This document shows positions 47,096 through 55,815 of a stretch of DNA of 64,000 nt, piece after piece (the first letter of the stretch is position 1; every line of letters begins with the position of its first letter). Source of the stretch: an uncultured Planctomycetota bacterium (GTDB taxonomy: Bacteria > Planctomycetota > Planctomycetia > Isosphaerales > Isosphaeraceae); NCBI GenBank assembly GCA_963845755.1, contig CAWJTV010000030.1:96001-160000 (forward strand), written 5' to 3'. The notes under the pieces are model-generated. The model had not been told where the DNA came from. It saw only the letters and a list, made by a program, of their open reading frames with translations, and did not search any database. A program made the position numbers and the translations under genes.

Positions 47096-48478
47096 TGGAG
47101 ATTCAGTTCGTTCGCGCACCGCCAGAGGAAACGCGACGTGGAATGAGGTTCCGCCCGGCCCTGATCGACATTCTATACCGCCCCGATGCTGGCCGACTAG
47201 TTTTTCGGTCAGGGCCAATCCCAAGCCTGTCCCCCGAAGCTTCGTCGAGAAATACGGTTTGAAGATGTGGGGACGGATCTCGTCGGGAATCCCCGGACCC
47301 GTGTCGCGGACGACGACCGACAGCACATCAGCATCCGCGTCAACCTCGATGGCAAGATCGCCCCCGTTGGGCATGGCCTCCAGCGCGTTGATGGTGAGGT
47401 TCAGGACCGCTTGCTCGACCTTCTCGGCGTCGAGCGGCACCTTGGGGAGCTCTGCAGGAGGGCGTCTCAGGGCCAGCCGCACTCCCTGTCGCTCCGCCTG
47501 TGGGCCGATCAGGTGCACGACCCGTTCCAGGACACGCACCGCGTCGGTCGGCTGAACCGACAGCCTCTGAAGCTGCGCATAATCCCGGAATCCGTCGAGC
47601 ACATTGTTGAGCCGATCCGCCTCAGCGTTGAGAACGGCGAAAAGCTCGCCGACCGGGGCGGTCGCCCTCGGGTCGGCAAGCTGCTCTTCCAGGAGCTGAA
47701 GGTGAATGCTGAGGGCCGTCAAGGGGTTCTTGATCTCGTGCACCAGTCCGTTGGCCGCGTCGCCCAGACCGGCGATCCGCTCCAATCGCCGCATTCGATC
47801 TTCGGCCAGTAGAGTCAGAGTCATATCACGAAGCAGGATGATACAACCGGAGGAGCGCCCGCTCGCGTCCTGCAGGGCCTGTGCATCAGCCCGAAGACGA
47901 CGTGCCAGTCCCCCTTGTTCGATCGTCAAACTGCGGTCCCACGCCGGTTCACCGCGGGTGGCGGCCTCCTCGGCCAGCTCGGCCAGCTCGGGACCGGCGG
48001 CTGGTAACTCGCCGATCGGCCGGCCGATCAACCCGGTCTGATCGGGCGGCGCCGGACACAGCAATCGGAGCGCGGCTGGGTTGATATCCATGACCACCCC
48101 CTGACCGTCAACCACGATCACACCCTGGACCATGCTCTCCAGAACATTCTGCGCTAACCGCTCCACCCGATGCAGCGCACCATGGATGGACACGCTCCGC
48201 CGCCGCTGCCAGACGAAGACCAGGGCACAGAGGATCAACACCGCCGAGATCGCGAGCCGAGAGACGAAACGCAGCACGATCTGTTGGCGGAGTGCGAGGA
48301 TCTGCGAGCTCGGAAGCGGATCCGGGTGGGCCAGCCAGTCGTTGAGAAGGTAGTAGTCCTGGATCACCAACAAGGCGGCCAGGGAATTGACCAGGAAGGC
48401 CACGAAGAGCAAGAGAAGCAAGACCCTCAGCGTGGACAAACGATAGGGGCGGGCAACCGAGTTGTTGTCGCTGAGCAT
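47096..48478 (-). CDS. PAS sensor histidine kinase (reads in frame into the regulator here)
   Basis: Two TMs, PAS, H-box 'HEIKNPL', 'NLTINALEA', 'DTGPGI', 'GTGLGL'. Confidence 0.9.
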
Positions 48479-48715
48479 GGTACGACATCCACGGTTCGAG
48501 GCGACCGCCTACGCTTCATCGAACGCGCTCGTCCTCGACCCGACCGGACAGTGATCGAGGTCTCTCCAGGGACGTCCTGGTCCCGCGGCGCAGTATAGCC
48601 AGACGAACGAACGCTTGTCGCCCCGTCTCCAGTGACGAAGCCCGGATGTTGATGGTCCTCCTCCCTCGTTCGAGAGTTCCTGCGGAGGACCCCTGCGCGT
48701 GCCGGCACATCGGGG

Positions 48716-48795
48716 GGGATTCCCGATTCGAGATTCGAGATTCCCGATGGAACGATTTCTGGATCTCGAATCCGGAATCTCGAATCCGGAATCCC
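48716..48795. repeat. Inverted heptamer-arm element (same GATTCGA/GATTCCG family as 24.2 kb)
   Basis: GGGATTCCCGATTCGAGATTCGAGATTCCCGAT ... ATCTCGAATCCGGAATCTCGAATCCGGAATCCC. Confidence 0.85.
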
Positions 48796-48831
48796 TCTTG
48801 GGTCGTGGCCGAAGGCCGCGTTAGGGAATGC

Positions 48832-49491
48832 TCAGAGTTGCCCCGCCCGTTCGAGCGCCTTGTAATGCATGAACGAGTAGATCACCGGGATGATCGCCGA
48901 GGCCACCAGGAGCACGATCGGGATCACGATCCACACCCCCGAGATCGTCAGTACGAACCCGACGATGCCCGCCCCGAACATCACCCAGGCCGCCAACCGA
49001 TGCGTATCATTCCAGACGCGATCGCTGGCCAGAGTCCAGGGCACGCGGACGCCGATGTAGAAGTTCCTCCTCACCTTGCCCAATTGGTTACCCATCAGCG
49101 CGAAGAAGAGGAACAAGCCCGCGATGAACCCGCGGCCCGGATCGATGGACGCACCCACGTGGACATTCTGATACACGGTGTAAAGCAGTACCCCCTGCAT
49201 GTAAAAGAATAACCCAAGGACGATGTCCATGATATAGAGGTACGTCGGACGGAAGGTGTCCACTTCGAACTGCTTCGGCGAGAGAGCCGGCAGGAAGTAG
49301 AACACCACGAGCATGAGGACCATCATCCCCGGGAAGAGGAACAGCGTCCATCTGCCCCCATAGCCATCCACCTTACCCTCGATGTTCCAGTGAGTGGGGA
49401 TCCGCTCGGGCAGGCCCGAATAGAGCCAGGCGGAGACCATCATCGACGCCGCCACCAGGAGGAACGCAACGATCCAGTACAAGCGACTCAT
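48832..49491 (-). CDS. sdpI: SdpI-family membrane immunity protein
   Basis: 'LPERIPTHWNIEGKVDGY' (DUF1648) and 'NFYIGVRVPWTL...VWNDTHR'. Confidence 0.85.
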   Translation of the reverse strand: MSRLYWIVAFLLVAASMMVSAWLYSGLPERIPTHWNIEGKVDGYGGRWTLFLFPGMMVLMLVVFYFLPALSPKQFEVDTFRPTYLYIMDIVLGLFFYMQGVLLYTVYQNVHVGASIDPGRGFIAGLFLFFALMGNQLGKVRRNFYIGVRVPWTLASDRVWNDTHRLAAWVMFGAGIVGFVLTISGVWIVIPIVLLVASAIIPVIYSFMHYKALERAGQL

Positions 49492-49493
49492 GT

Positions 49494-49787
49494 TCAGGCA
49501 TCTCCCCTGCTATCTTTCAGGCCCAGATGGTCCCACAACCGCGTGAGGACATCTTCGAGCACGGTCGTATTCAGCGAGTAATAGATCTGCTGACCGTCGC
49601 GCCGGCTCCGGATCAAGTCCGCCTCCTTGAGCACCGCGAAATGGTGCGACATCGAGGGCTTGGTCATGTCGAACGACGACGAAAGCTCCCCGGCCGTCCG
49701 CTCGCCCGCAGACAACAATCGCAGGATCTCGCGACGGGTCGGGTCCGACAACGCCTTGAAAACCGAGTTGATTCCCATCATCTCCAA
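49494..49787 (-). CDS. sdpR: ArsR/SdpR-family repressor
   Basis: 'FKALSDPTRREIL', 'TAGEL', 'SHHFAVLKEADL', 'GQQIYYSLNTTV'; adjacent to sdpI. Confidence 0.85.
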   Translation of the reverse strand: MEMMGINSVFKALSDPTRREILRLLSAGERTAGELSSSFDMTKPSMSHHFAVLKEADLIRSRRDGQQIYYSLNTTVLEDVLTRLWDHLGLKDSRGDA

Positions 49788-49813
49788 TCCATTCGCCGAG
49801 ACGATCGACTTAT

Positions 49814-49829
49814 TTAGAAGGTTGTCTAA
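49814..49829. promoter_or_regulatory. Candidate SdpR operator
   Basis: TTAGA-N6-TCTAA inverted repeat just upstream of the repressor start. Confidence 0.45.
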
Positions 49830-49859
49830 TTATCCTGCGAAACGGGGCGGGATCAAGGG

Positions 49860-50207
49860 CCATAGGCGTTAACTTAACGAGGGGACCCTGTGAAATCCGC
49901 TGGATGTTCGAGACGTCGCGTGCAAGACCACTCCGGGTCCGGGGTCCCTCGTTCCCACGGTCCCCGTGGGAAAGCCGTCCTCGACGCTCTGCGTCGTCCG
50001 ACCGGACCGGCCGAGGCGGGAAGGACTCAGGCGGCAGGGACGCAGAGCGTCCCAGACGGCATTCCCACGGAGACCGTGGGAACGAGATCCCTCCCACCGA
50101 TCGGGGCATCACACCTCCAAAACGGGATCGCCTGCGGAGCGCCGGCATTCCCCCAGGAAAACGACGGTCGGCCTTCACTGATCAGGCACTTAAGTTAACG
50201 CCTATGA
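49860..50207. mobile_element. Non-autonomous IS-derived element (MITE), IS4-like ends
   Basis: Perfect 17-bp TIR CATAGGCGTTAACTTAA (49861-77) / TTAAGTTAACGCCTATG (50190-206); GATCAAGGG direct repeat at 49851-59 and 50208-16; no transposase. Confidence 0.85.
49948..50086. repeat. REP-like long palindrome nested in the MITE
   Basis: CTCGTTCCCACGGTCCCCGTGGGAAAGCCGTC..GACGCTCTGCGTC ... GACGCAGAGCGTC..GACGGCATTCCCACGGAGACCGTGGGAACGAG. Confidence 0.8.
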
Positions 50208-50339
50208 GATCAAGGGGCGTCCCCCAGAACTTTGGAAGACGGAAGGCGCTTCGTCGGATCGACTCAGGCAACCTTGATGGAGTTCACACGGCGTCGTGGG
50301 TCATGTTAAGATAGAAGGAGGAGGAAGGAGGAATCCGAG

Positions 50340-50705
50340 ATGGCCGCAATACTGGCATCCACCGCGCTGAGCCTGGAACCGCTCCTTGAGGCCGCCGATC
50401 ACCTCTCGCCCGATCAACGTGGTGTGAATGAGCGGCGGTTCGCCGCACGCCGCACGAAGAATGAGAATGAGCGCTACGATGAGGTGACCTTGGGGCGAGC
50501 AGCCAGGGGTCGGCTGTCGATAACCGCGGAGCGCCGCCTCACGAGACTGATCGCCAAGAGCGAGCGCGGAGAACTGGTACAGGACGAATTGGTTGAGTAC
50601 CAGGCCCTGGCGCAGGAGGCTCAGCGAATCGATGTGGCTCGGACCGAAGCGTTGGCGGAACTGGTGCAGCGCTCGGGGAAGTCAACGCGGGTCGTGCGGA
50701 CGTAA
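50340..50705 (+). CDS. Hypothetical helical protein
   Basis: Strong purine-rich RBS (GGAGGAGGAAGGAGG); 121-aa ORF. Confidence 0.55.
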   Translation: MAAILASTALSLEPLLEAADHLSPDQRGVNERRFAARRTKNENERYDEVTLGRAARGRLSITAERRLTRLIAKSERGELVQDELVEYQALAQEAQRIDVARTEALAELVQRSGKSTRVVRT

Positions 50706-50771
50706 ATCAGCAGCGAACGCGGCGGAGCTGGCGCATCAGGCGATCGCGCGACCGGTGCGCGATCGCCCAGT

Positions 50772-51438
50772 TCATTGCGATCCTAAATCCTCCAGCCGGC
50801 AAATCCACGCGTTGAAGTGGGGGCACTTGGCCCGAATGACGTCGAGTCCGATCAAGTCTGCCACGTCGGGACCGACGGCGGGCTTGGCATCCTCGTAGTC
50901 AGGGATCTGGGCGATGATTCGTTTGCTGCGGCGCGGTTTGCGGCCCATCATCGATCAACTCGGGCGTGACGTAGCAATCGGCGATCCTTGCAGCTCGGCG
51001 ATCTGCTTCTCGTGACGATCGTAGAAGTACTTGAAACAACTGGGATCACAGAACAGAACCGCCTCATATTCATGCAATTGGATGTATGGTATGAAACGCG
51101 GGTCGTTGATGTCTTCCGCGAAAGCCCGCTCCAGGAACTCGACTCGCTGAATGGGGTCAATCCGCAGCTTCTCAGCCTCATCACGCCGAGGAAATGACAC
51201 GGGAATGGCCGTAAAGGTCGATCATGGTGGTGAAGAACACATCTGGAGCCTTATCCTGAGTCAGGCGATTCCGGATATCGTTCTCCATGGCTCGTAATTG
51301 CCACCGCCCCGGTGACCTCCCTCTAAGCCAGGCGACACCACGCAAGAATACGTTATGGTTCGCGAGACGAGGCCTGAGCAAGAGGTCGGCAAAGGTTGCC
51401 TCCGTCTTGCCTTCCCCGAACAGGTAGAGCCGCGCCAT
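50772..51438 (-). CDS. DUF4276-family protein (several frameshifts)
   Basis: 'LFGEGKTE', 'FTTMIDLYG', 'RFIPYIQLHEYEAVLF', 'CPHFNAW' across frames. Confidence 0.8.
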
Positions 51439-52576
51439 CAATGAGGTCCTCCCCCGATGACGTTCTTATCCCAGACCTGCGCCTAAACTGTAGTCTTCGA
51501 GCCACGTCTCCAAGGCGACTGGATCAGGCCTTCGGAAAAGGGATTCGTTCCTTTCACGATCGACGACAACCACGTCCTCGGGATCAAAATGATCGAGAAA
51601 TGAACTTGACTGGGTACTGATCAGGACGTCGAGTAATGAGATGCTTTCTTAAACAGGGCAGCGACTAGATTCAAAGCATAAGGGTGAAGACCCAGCTCCG
51701 GTTCATCAACGATGATCAGGTCGGGGAGTTCGTCCTCCGGCTGCAGGAGCAACGTAATGAGACAGATGGCTCGAACCGTACCATCCGAGAGTTGGTGAGG
51801 ACCGAAAACTTGATCCGACTCCTTGTCTCGCCAGTTGAGAAGGATGTCCTGCGGATCTGGCCCGACCGGTGCGAGCTCGAAGTCTCGGAAAAAGGGTGCC
51901 ATGAGGCGAATAGTGCACGACGATTCGTTCATAGGCCACAGTTGAATCCCGGTTTTTCAGCCGATAGAGAAAGCTTGCCAAGTTGCTCCCATCAGACTTG
52001 AGTTCGGGATCGAATAACTCGCTGTGATACTGGTGGATAACGACGTTTCGCGTATCGTGAAAGTGGTAGACTCGACAGCGATCAAGAAGCTGGCGAAAAA
52101 ACGTTGCCGTTGGTTCGCCTAGAGATACCTCTTCGAGGACACGGGTCTCTTCGTGACCGGCTCCCAGAGACAGGGATTGTGATACCGCTCCGATTCTGGG
52201 TGGTTTGGAGCTTAATGTCTCACTCGAGAATATCAGGGTGTCTCCCAACATAGGTATATCACTCGGAGCGGGTGATAGACTGAAGTCATAGGTGCAGTTT
52301 CGGAAAAGGGGGTTCTCTGTCTCGAACTCCAAGCTGGCGTCCATCTGCGGTGTGACCTCGGGACCATAATGAAGCAGCGACTGGGCACCTTCGGCACAAT
52401 TGATGTGCGATTGAAGCATCCGACTCATCATGTCGTTGACCATCTGGAAAAACGAAATGAGGTTACTCTTCCCGGCTCCGTTCGCGCCGATCAAGACGTT
52501 CAGTGGTCGTAACTCGAGGTCCATCTCCCTGATGGACTTGAATCCTTTGAGGACGATTCGTCTTCAGCATGGCCAT
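51438..52576 (-). CDS. AAA_21/AAA_15-type ABC ATPase (several frameshifts)
   Basis: 'KGFKSI', 'LNVLIGANGAGKSN', 'VYHFHDT', 'LSDGT', 'VDEPELGLHP', 'WDKNVIGGGP'; TGATG coupling to DUF4276. Confidence 0.85.
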
Positions 52577-52634
52577 GATTCGTCCTCCGGCACATCTGCC
52601 AAAGGAATGATTCGACTGGGAGCCCGAATCCATT

Positions 52635-53213
52635 CTAGTCGAAATCGATCCGTTGCGGCTGCTCCCGCGGCGGGCATCCGCTCCAGCATCGCGGCGACCA
52701 GCGCTTCCGGATCATCCGAGGTGATCAGCAAATTGAGATGCTTCTGGCGCAGGAACCCTTCGGCGACGGCGTGGTCGAGCAGCGCGAGCAACGGGTCGAA
52801 GTAGCCGGCGACGTTGAGGATCCCGATCGGCTTGTGGTGGAGTTTCAGCGCGGCCCAGGTCAGGGTTTCAAAGAATTCCTCGAAGGTGCCGATCCCGCCG
52901 GGCATGGTGAGGAACGCGTCGGCGCAGGCGCCATCAGCGCCTTGCGCTGGTGCATATCGGCTACCACGTGCAACTCGGTTAGGCCGTTGTGGGCGACCTC
53001 CTCGGTGGACAGGGGCTCTGGGATCACTCCGATGACCTGTCCCCCGCGCTCGAGGACGGCATCGGCGACCATCCCCATCAGCCCGACCCGGCCGCCTCCG
53101 TAAACCAGGCCCACACTGCGATCGGCCAGAACGTGACCCAGCCGCCGGGCGGTCGTCGCGTATTGGGAGGACGATCCCGCCGAGGAGCCGCAGTAGACGC
53201 AGATGTTCTTCAT
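52635..53213 (-). CDS. LOG-family nucleotide phosphoribohydrolase (frameshifted)
   Basis: 'ICVYCGSS', 'LVYGGGRVGLMG', 'MHQRK', 'PGGIGTFEE', 'KPIGILNVAGYFDPL'; 3' end approximate. Confidence 0.9.
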
Positions 53214-53399
53214 AAGCCAACCAGGTCGTTGCAAGTGGCCGGTTGCCGGTGATAACGTGAAGCGGACAACGGACCACAGACCGTCAACCCCTGGCGACAG
53301 ACCCAATGTTACCGATAATGTAACACAGTGTGGCCGTGCGAGCGAGATCGGCGAGGGTGCGGAATCCTGGTCGAGATCGAGCCATCGAGGATCTTATTG

Positions 53400-54395
53400 A
53401 TGCGAGCTGCATATATCGAACAGACGGGAGGCCCGGAGGTCATCAAGTTCGGTGATCTGCCAAGGCCCGTGCCCGGTCCCGGGCACGTGCTGGTGAAGGT
53501 CCGCGCCGCTGCGTTCAATCCGATCGATCTTTACATCCGGTCGGGAATGGTCGCGGCACCGATGTCGTTCCCCTACGTGCTCGCCTGTGACCTTGCCGGA
53601 ACGATCGAGAAGGTGGGTCCCCAAAGCACACGGTTCCAAGTCGGTGATCGAGTCTGGGGCTCGAACCAGGGGCTGCTCGGCCGCCAGGGAGTCGCGGCGG
53701 AGTATGCCGCCGTCGACGAGGACTGGCTCTATCCCACGCCCGCGCTGTTGCCGGACACCGATGCCGCGGCGATGGCCCTGGTCGGCATCACGGCCCACCT
53801 CGGCCTCTTCGAGTTCGGTCAGCTCAAGGCCGGCGAGGTCGTCTACGTACCGGGCGGGAGCGGCGGAGTCGGCTCGATGGCGATCCAGATGGCCAAGGCC
53901 GTCGGGGCGCGCGTCGTCACAGCGGCAGGCAGCCCGGAGAAGCTCGAGCTCTGCCGGCGCCTCGGCGCGGACCTCGCCCTCAATTACAAGACCGAGGACA
54001 TCCCGAGCCGGCTCCGCGAATTCTCCCCCGAGGGCGTCGACGTCTGGTACGAAACCCAGCGCGAGCCGAACCTCGAAGTCTCCATCCCCCTGCTCCGCAA
54101 GCGCGGCCGCATGATTCTCATGGCCGGCCGGGCCGCCAAGCCGGTACTCCCTCTCGGCGCCTTCTACCCCAGGAACTGCGCCCTGTTCGGGTTCGCCATG
54201 TTCAACGCCACGCCTCAGGAGCAGCGCCGTTGCGCCGACGAGATCATCCACTGGATCGAAGAGGGCCAGCTCAAGCCGCTGGTTGGCCGGACCTTCCCCC
54301 TCTCGGCCGCCGCAGACGCCCAGCGATTCCTTGAAGACAATACCCTGAAAGGCGCGGGCTCGCTGACAGGAAAAGTGGTTCTCACGCTCGACTGA
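53400..54395 (+). CDS. NADPH:quinone reductase (zeta-crystallin-like MDR)
   Basis: 'GGPEVI', 'NPID', 'GDRVW', 'GGSGGVGS', 'GKVVL'. Confidence 0.9.
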   Translation: MRAAYIEQTGGPEVIKFGDLPRPVPGPGHVLVKVRAAAFNPIDLYIRSGMVAAPMSFPYVLACDLAGTIEKVGPQSTRFQVGDRVWGSNQGLLGRQGVAAEYAAVDEDWLYPTPALLPDTDAAAMALVGITAHLGLFEFGQLKAGEVVYVPGGSGGVGSMAIQMAKAVGARVVTAAGSPEKLELCRRLGADLALNYKTEDIPSRLREFSPEGVDVWYETQREPNLEVSIPLLRKRGRMILMAGRAAKPVLPLGAFYPRNCALFGFAMFNATPQEQRRCADEIIHWIEEGQLKPLVGRTFPLSAAADAQRFLEDNTLKGAGSLTGKVVLTLD

Positions 54396-54423
54396 CCGTT
54401 GTCCGTTGTCCGTGGTCCGTGGT
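54396..54423. repeat. Heptamer arm (GTCCGTT/GTCCGTG) upstream of four-helix bundle gene
   Basis: CCGTT GTCCGTT GTCCGTG GTCCGTG GTT. Confidence 0.85.
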
Positions 54424-54436
54424 TGGAGAGACCATC

Positions 54437-54844
54437 ATGGCGAGGAGCCATTTCGAGGATCTCGCGGTTTACCGATTGGCCGAAAAGCTCGCCGATGAAG
54501 TATGGGGGATGGTCCTCCCGTGGGCGCCACTTCCCAGGGACACCGTCGGCAAGCAACTGATCCGTGCGGCGGACAGTATCGGAGCGAACATCGCAGAAGG
54601 TGTCGGGCGCGGCTCGTTTCAGGACAATCGACGGTTCATTCGGATCGCCCGGGGATCGTTGAACGAGACCAAGCACTGGCTTCGCCGCGCTTACAAGCGT
54701 GGTCTGATCGATGCCGATCGGATCGGCCGCCTGAAGTCCTTATTAGACGAGTTGCCGCCGCGGTTGAACGCCTATTTGAGATCCATCGGTCAGCATCACA
54801 ACGGACGACGGACGACGGACAACGGACAACGGACAACGGACTAA
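54437..54844 (+). CDS. Four-helix bundle protein (23S rRNA intervening-sequence protein family)
   Basis: 'FEDLAVY', 'QLIRAADSIGANIAEG', 'FIRIARGSLNET'. Confidence 0.92.
   Translation: MARSHFEDLAVYRLAEKLADEVWGMVLPWAPLPRDTVGKQLIRAADSIGANIAEGVGRGSFQDNRRFIRIARGSLNETKHWLRRAYKRGLIDADRIGRLKSLLDELPPRLNAYLRSIGQHHNGRRTTDNGQRTTD
54798..54841. repeat. Inverted heptamer arm (ACAACGG/ACGACGG x6) at the 3' end of four-helix bundle gene
   Basis: ACAACGG ACGACGG ACGACGG ACAACGG ACAACGG ACAACGG AC; reverse complement of the 54396 arm. Confidence 0.9.
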
Positions 54845-54845
54845 A

Positions 54846-55800
54846 ATGAACCTACTGACCACGTTCGCCGGATCGATGATGGAAGGGTTCCTCCCGCGCG
54901 GCTGGGACCTCGCCAGGATCGACGCGTGTTGTTCTCAACCACCCGGAACGATCGCCGATCGTCAACCCTGGTGGCATCCCCGTTTCGAGCTGGTGCCGTG
55001 CAATTCCGTCGCCGACTTCGACGTGATGATGGGCCACGAGATCGCGACCGCGATCAAGCGGACCCGCGATCAAGGCCAGATCGGCCGCCTTGATCCTGCC
55101 GGTCGGCCCGATGGGCATGTATCGCTGGGCGGTCTATTTCCTCAAGGAGTGGGATGTTCCCTGCGATCATGTCTACGGATTCAACATGGACGAGTGGAGC
55201 GACCGACAGGGATTGACGCTCCCTCCTGACAACCCGGGTGCATTCCAGAACGCGATGCAGGCGGCCTTCTACGGGCCGCTCGGGGAACCGGACCGTGCCC
55301 AAATCCCAGCGCTGGTTCGCCACGGCCGACCGCCTGCCACAGTATGCCGACGCGCATCGGCGAGCTGAAGGACAAGGGGGCTGAGCTGATCGTGATCTTC
55401 GGGATCGGCCGGGTCTGTCACATCGCCTTCTGGGAGCCGCATTTCGCTGACGAGTTCGTCGAGCCTTGACGAATGGAAGGCTCAGACGCACCGCATCGGC
55501 GCACGGCTCCATCCGCTGACGATCGAGCAGAACGCGCTGACAAGTTTCATGAGCCGAACGACCCTGGTGCCGGCCTTCGCCAACACGATCGGCCCGGGCC
55601 TGTTCCTCCAGGCCGATCGGATCATCGGCGGTGCCGAGGGGGTTTTCGAGCGTGGCATGCAGTGGCAAGGCGCCAGCCTGTGGATGACGCTCCGCTACGG
55701 GCCGGATCCCTGGGTTCCCAGCTCCTTCATGCCGACGCTTCCCGGCCGGCTGTTCTACCACACCGCACTGGCGGGACCGCTCGAGCCGGCGATGAATTGA
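54846..55800 (+). CDS. Glucosamine-6-phosphate deaminase/isomerase-like protein (several frameshifts)
   Basis: 'ILPVGP', 'FNMDEW', '[14 protein letters not shown]' NagB-like motifs across frames. Confidence 0.7.
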
Positions 55801-55815
55801 GGAGCTGGAATTCAT

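Noticed and set aside
54437..54844. Diversity-generating retroelement (Avd-like gene)
   Set aside because: No reverse transcriptase and no TR/VR pair differing at adenines seen in the window
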